Part shown: positions 62,601 to 64,000 of the stretch, piece by piece
Layout of the letters: each line of letters begins with the position of its first letter
Position numbering within the stretch: the stretch's first letter is position 1
Assembly: GCA_965112735.1 (NCBI GenBank)
Contig: OZ218950.1
Coordinates: 930,001 to 994,000 of the forward strand
Direction of reading: 5' to 3'
DNA from: Phaeosaccion multiseriatum
Lineage: Eukaryota > Protista > Ochrophyta, other classes
Length of the DNA: 64,000 bases
Translations under genes and position numbers: made by a program
The notes under the pieces: model-generated
Databases searched by the model: none
What the model was told of the DNA's origin: nothing
The model's input: the letters and a program-made list of their open reading frames with translations, nothing else

Positions 62601-64000
62601 TCCACACACAGGCACGATACCGGCCGAGCTTGGCGGATTACAAGCACTGACGGTGCTTTGCCTTAATGGCAACGAGCTGACAGGTGGGTTACAGGCATGA
62701 TGCCATCCACACCTTGTCCCTTCTCCTCGCGTGCTCACAGTCCTGAGGGGCTTCTTAAGACGTGTTGCTGCTGCCCTTGTCCACACACAGGCACGATACC
62801 GGCCGAGCTTGGCGGATTACAAGCACTGACGATCCTTAGCCTTTATGGCAACGAGTTGACAGGTGGGTTTTTACAGGCATGATGCCATCCACAGCTCGTC
62901 CCTTCTCCTCCCGAGTTCACAGTGCTGAGGGGCTTTCTTAAGAGGTGTTGCTGCTGTCCTTGTCCACACACAGGCACGATACCGGCCGAGCTTGGTGCGG
63001 TGCTCTAACCCCCCCCCCCCACTCCTGCCCCTGTCTGCTCCTCCCCCCTCAGGCAGCATTCCTGCGGAGCTTGGTGAGGTCCACAACCTTCAGTACCTGA
63101 CGCTCGAAGGCAACCAACTCAGAGGCACGATTCCTGTGGAGCTTGGGTCTCTACCCAGACTAAGTTACGCCTGTTTTACTCCCGGGAACCCTGATCTCCA
63201 CGGTAAGCCCTTCCAGCTGGTCCGAAGCCTGCTCTCAGCTGTTTTGCTTGCTTGAATGTCTATTCTCGTCCTCCATAATCCATGGGATTCGACTGTACTT
63301 GCGGTTAAGCAAGCCACGAGTGACCTCCCCTGCGCTCGAGGAGTAGCGAGGAGGAGAGGAGACCCCGCTCTGTCCTGCCTTGCTGTGTAGTAGGTGTAGC
63401 ATTGGTTGGCGTGACTGACTCTCTCTGACGCGCCGATCTCTCTTCTATGCGCGGTCCGCAGGCAACCCCGGTAGGCTACAAGACCGGGACAAAGTGCAGA
63501 TTTGGCAGCGAGACATTCCGCTGCTGACCGAGAGAGATATAGCCCGCTACGAGCTGCAGACTGAAAGGGCCTCCTTCATCACGCTCAAGGCCGAGCTTGA
63601 GCAGGCCAGACGAGACACAGAGTCTCTGCTGGAGGAGGCACAAAGAGCGTCGCTGTCTTCCGGGGTGGGCATGCTGCTGGCCGTTACGGACGCTGTAGCG
63701 AGCACCAGAGGCCATAAGCAGAAGGAGCACAGCTCTGAGGTGCAAGAGCAGCATCAGAGAGAGGGTGTTGAGGAAAGGGCCCAACTTCCAACAGCCTCCT
63801 GGAGGGGTCTACTCAAGGCGATTGAGCTCATGTCCAAAGGCGAAGCGACGCAGGACAATGGCACAATCGGGACAGAAGCTCTGGCTGAGATGGTGCAGGA
63901 GGAAAGGCGGGCAAGTGGGCACTGGGACTCTCTCAAGATGCATCAGAACATACTGAGGGAGTGGAGCCAGTCTGTGTCGGGGGAGGCTCGGGCGGAAGAG
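59601..64000 (+). CDS. Leucine-rich-repeat protein: N-cap exon 59601-59820, 17 single-LRR 72-nt exons, possible 21-nt exon 62974-62994, exon 63053-63202, and helical C-terminal exon 63462 to window end (3' partial)
   Basis: N-cap MTSRDVLVSLFNCTGGARWNKHSGWD...VVELYLQWNGLEG. Repeats GTIPAELGGLQALTxLxLxxNxLT. All introns are phase-1 GT-AG. The last exon is open to 64000 (GNPGRLQDRDKVQIWQRD...). Confidence 0.92.
59899..62994 (+). repeat. Tandem array of 17 exon+intron units (178-185 bp) plus one truncated unit
   Basis: Exon starts: 59899, 60077, 60259, 60438, 60623, 60808, 60991, 61170, 61349, 61528, 61707, 61886, 62068, 62247, 62429, 62612, 62791, (62974). Each full exon is 72 nt. The introns are 106-113 nt and near-identical (gtgggttacaggcatgatgccatccacacctcgtcccttctcctcgcgtgttcacag...ccttgtccacacacag). 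Confidence 0.97.

Noticed and set aside
59899-62994. CRISPR-like appearance (conserved repeat with short variable stretch)
   Set aside because: Units are about 180 bp with GT-AG splice sites, the variable part is LRR codons, the context is eukaryotic and no cas genes are present.
59899-62994. Diversity-generating retroelement as the cause of codon hypervariability
   Set aside because: No reverse transcriptase or separate template repeat is visible in the window, and the variation is not clearly adenine-specific. It cannot be supported from this sequence.
59976-63086. Short ORFs such as MMPSTPRPFSSRVHS...KTCCCCPCPHTGTIPAEL and their antisense counterparts
   Set aside because: Artefacts of reading through the repeated introns; the coding parts are the 72-nt exons.
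1-64000. Transposase, reverse transcriptase, tRNA or rRNA genes
   Set aside because: No recognisable motifs or cloverleaf structures found by eye.

Overview
Eukaryotic, intron-rich, microsatellite-dense genomic DNA, probably an ochrophyte/stramenopile alga. This is inferred from an ASAFAP-like plastid presequence, a brown-algal-type LRR N-cap and PPDK. Genes from left to right: a large PPR protein with a probable C-terminal Smr domain (-); a plastid-targeted glycine-zipper protein (+); a secreted HEXXH zinc metalloprotease with bacterial-like motifs (+); two tandem Nma111/DEG7-type double-HtrA serine proteases showing patchy gene conversion (-); choline/ethanolamine kinase (-); a SAGA ADA1/TADA1-like protein (+); secreted Cys-rich repeat exons (-); a degenerate HDAC-fold protein with AT-hooks (-); pyruvate phosphate dikinase (-); COA5/PET191 (+); and an LRR gene (+) running off the window end. 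The LRR gene is the standout. It contains a tandem array of 17 units of about 180 bp, each one 72-nt phase-1 LRR exon plus a nearly identical intron. Variation is concentrated in the four solvent-exposed codons of the xLxLxx strand, giving 10 different surfaces. This looks like a recombination- or splicing-driven receptor-diversification locus. A 15-bp motif, CTGTATCACCAACTG, is also dispersed through unrelated genes on both strands. Gene boundaries were inferred by eye from splice signals and reading frames; no database searches were run.
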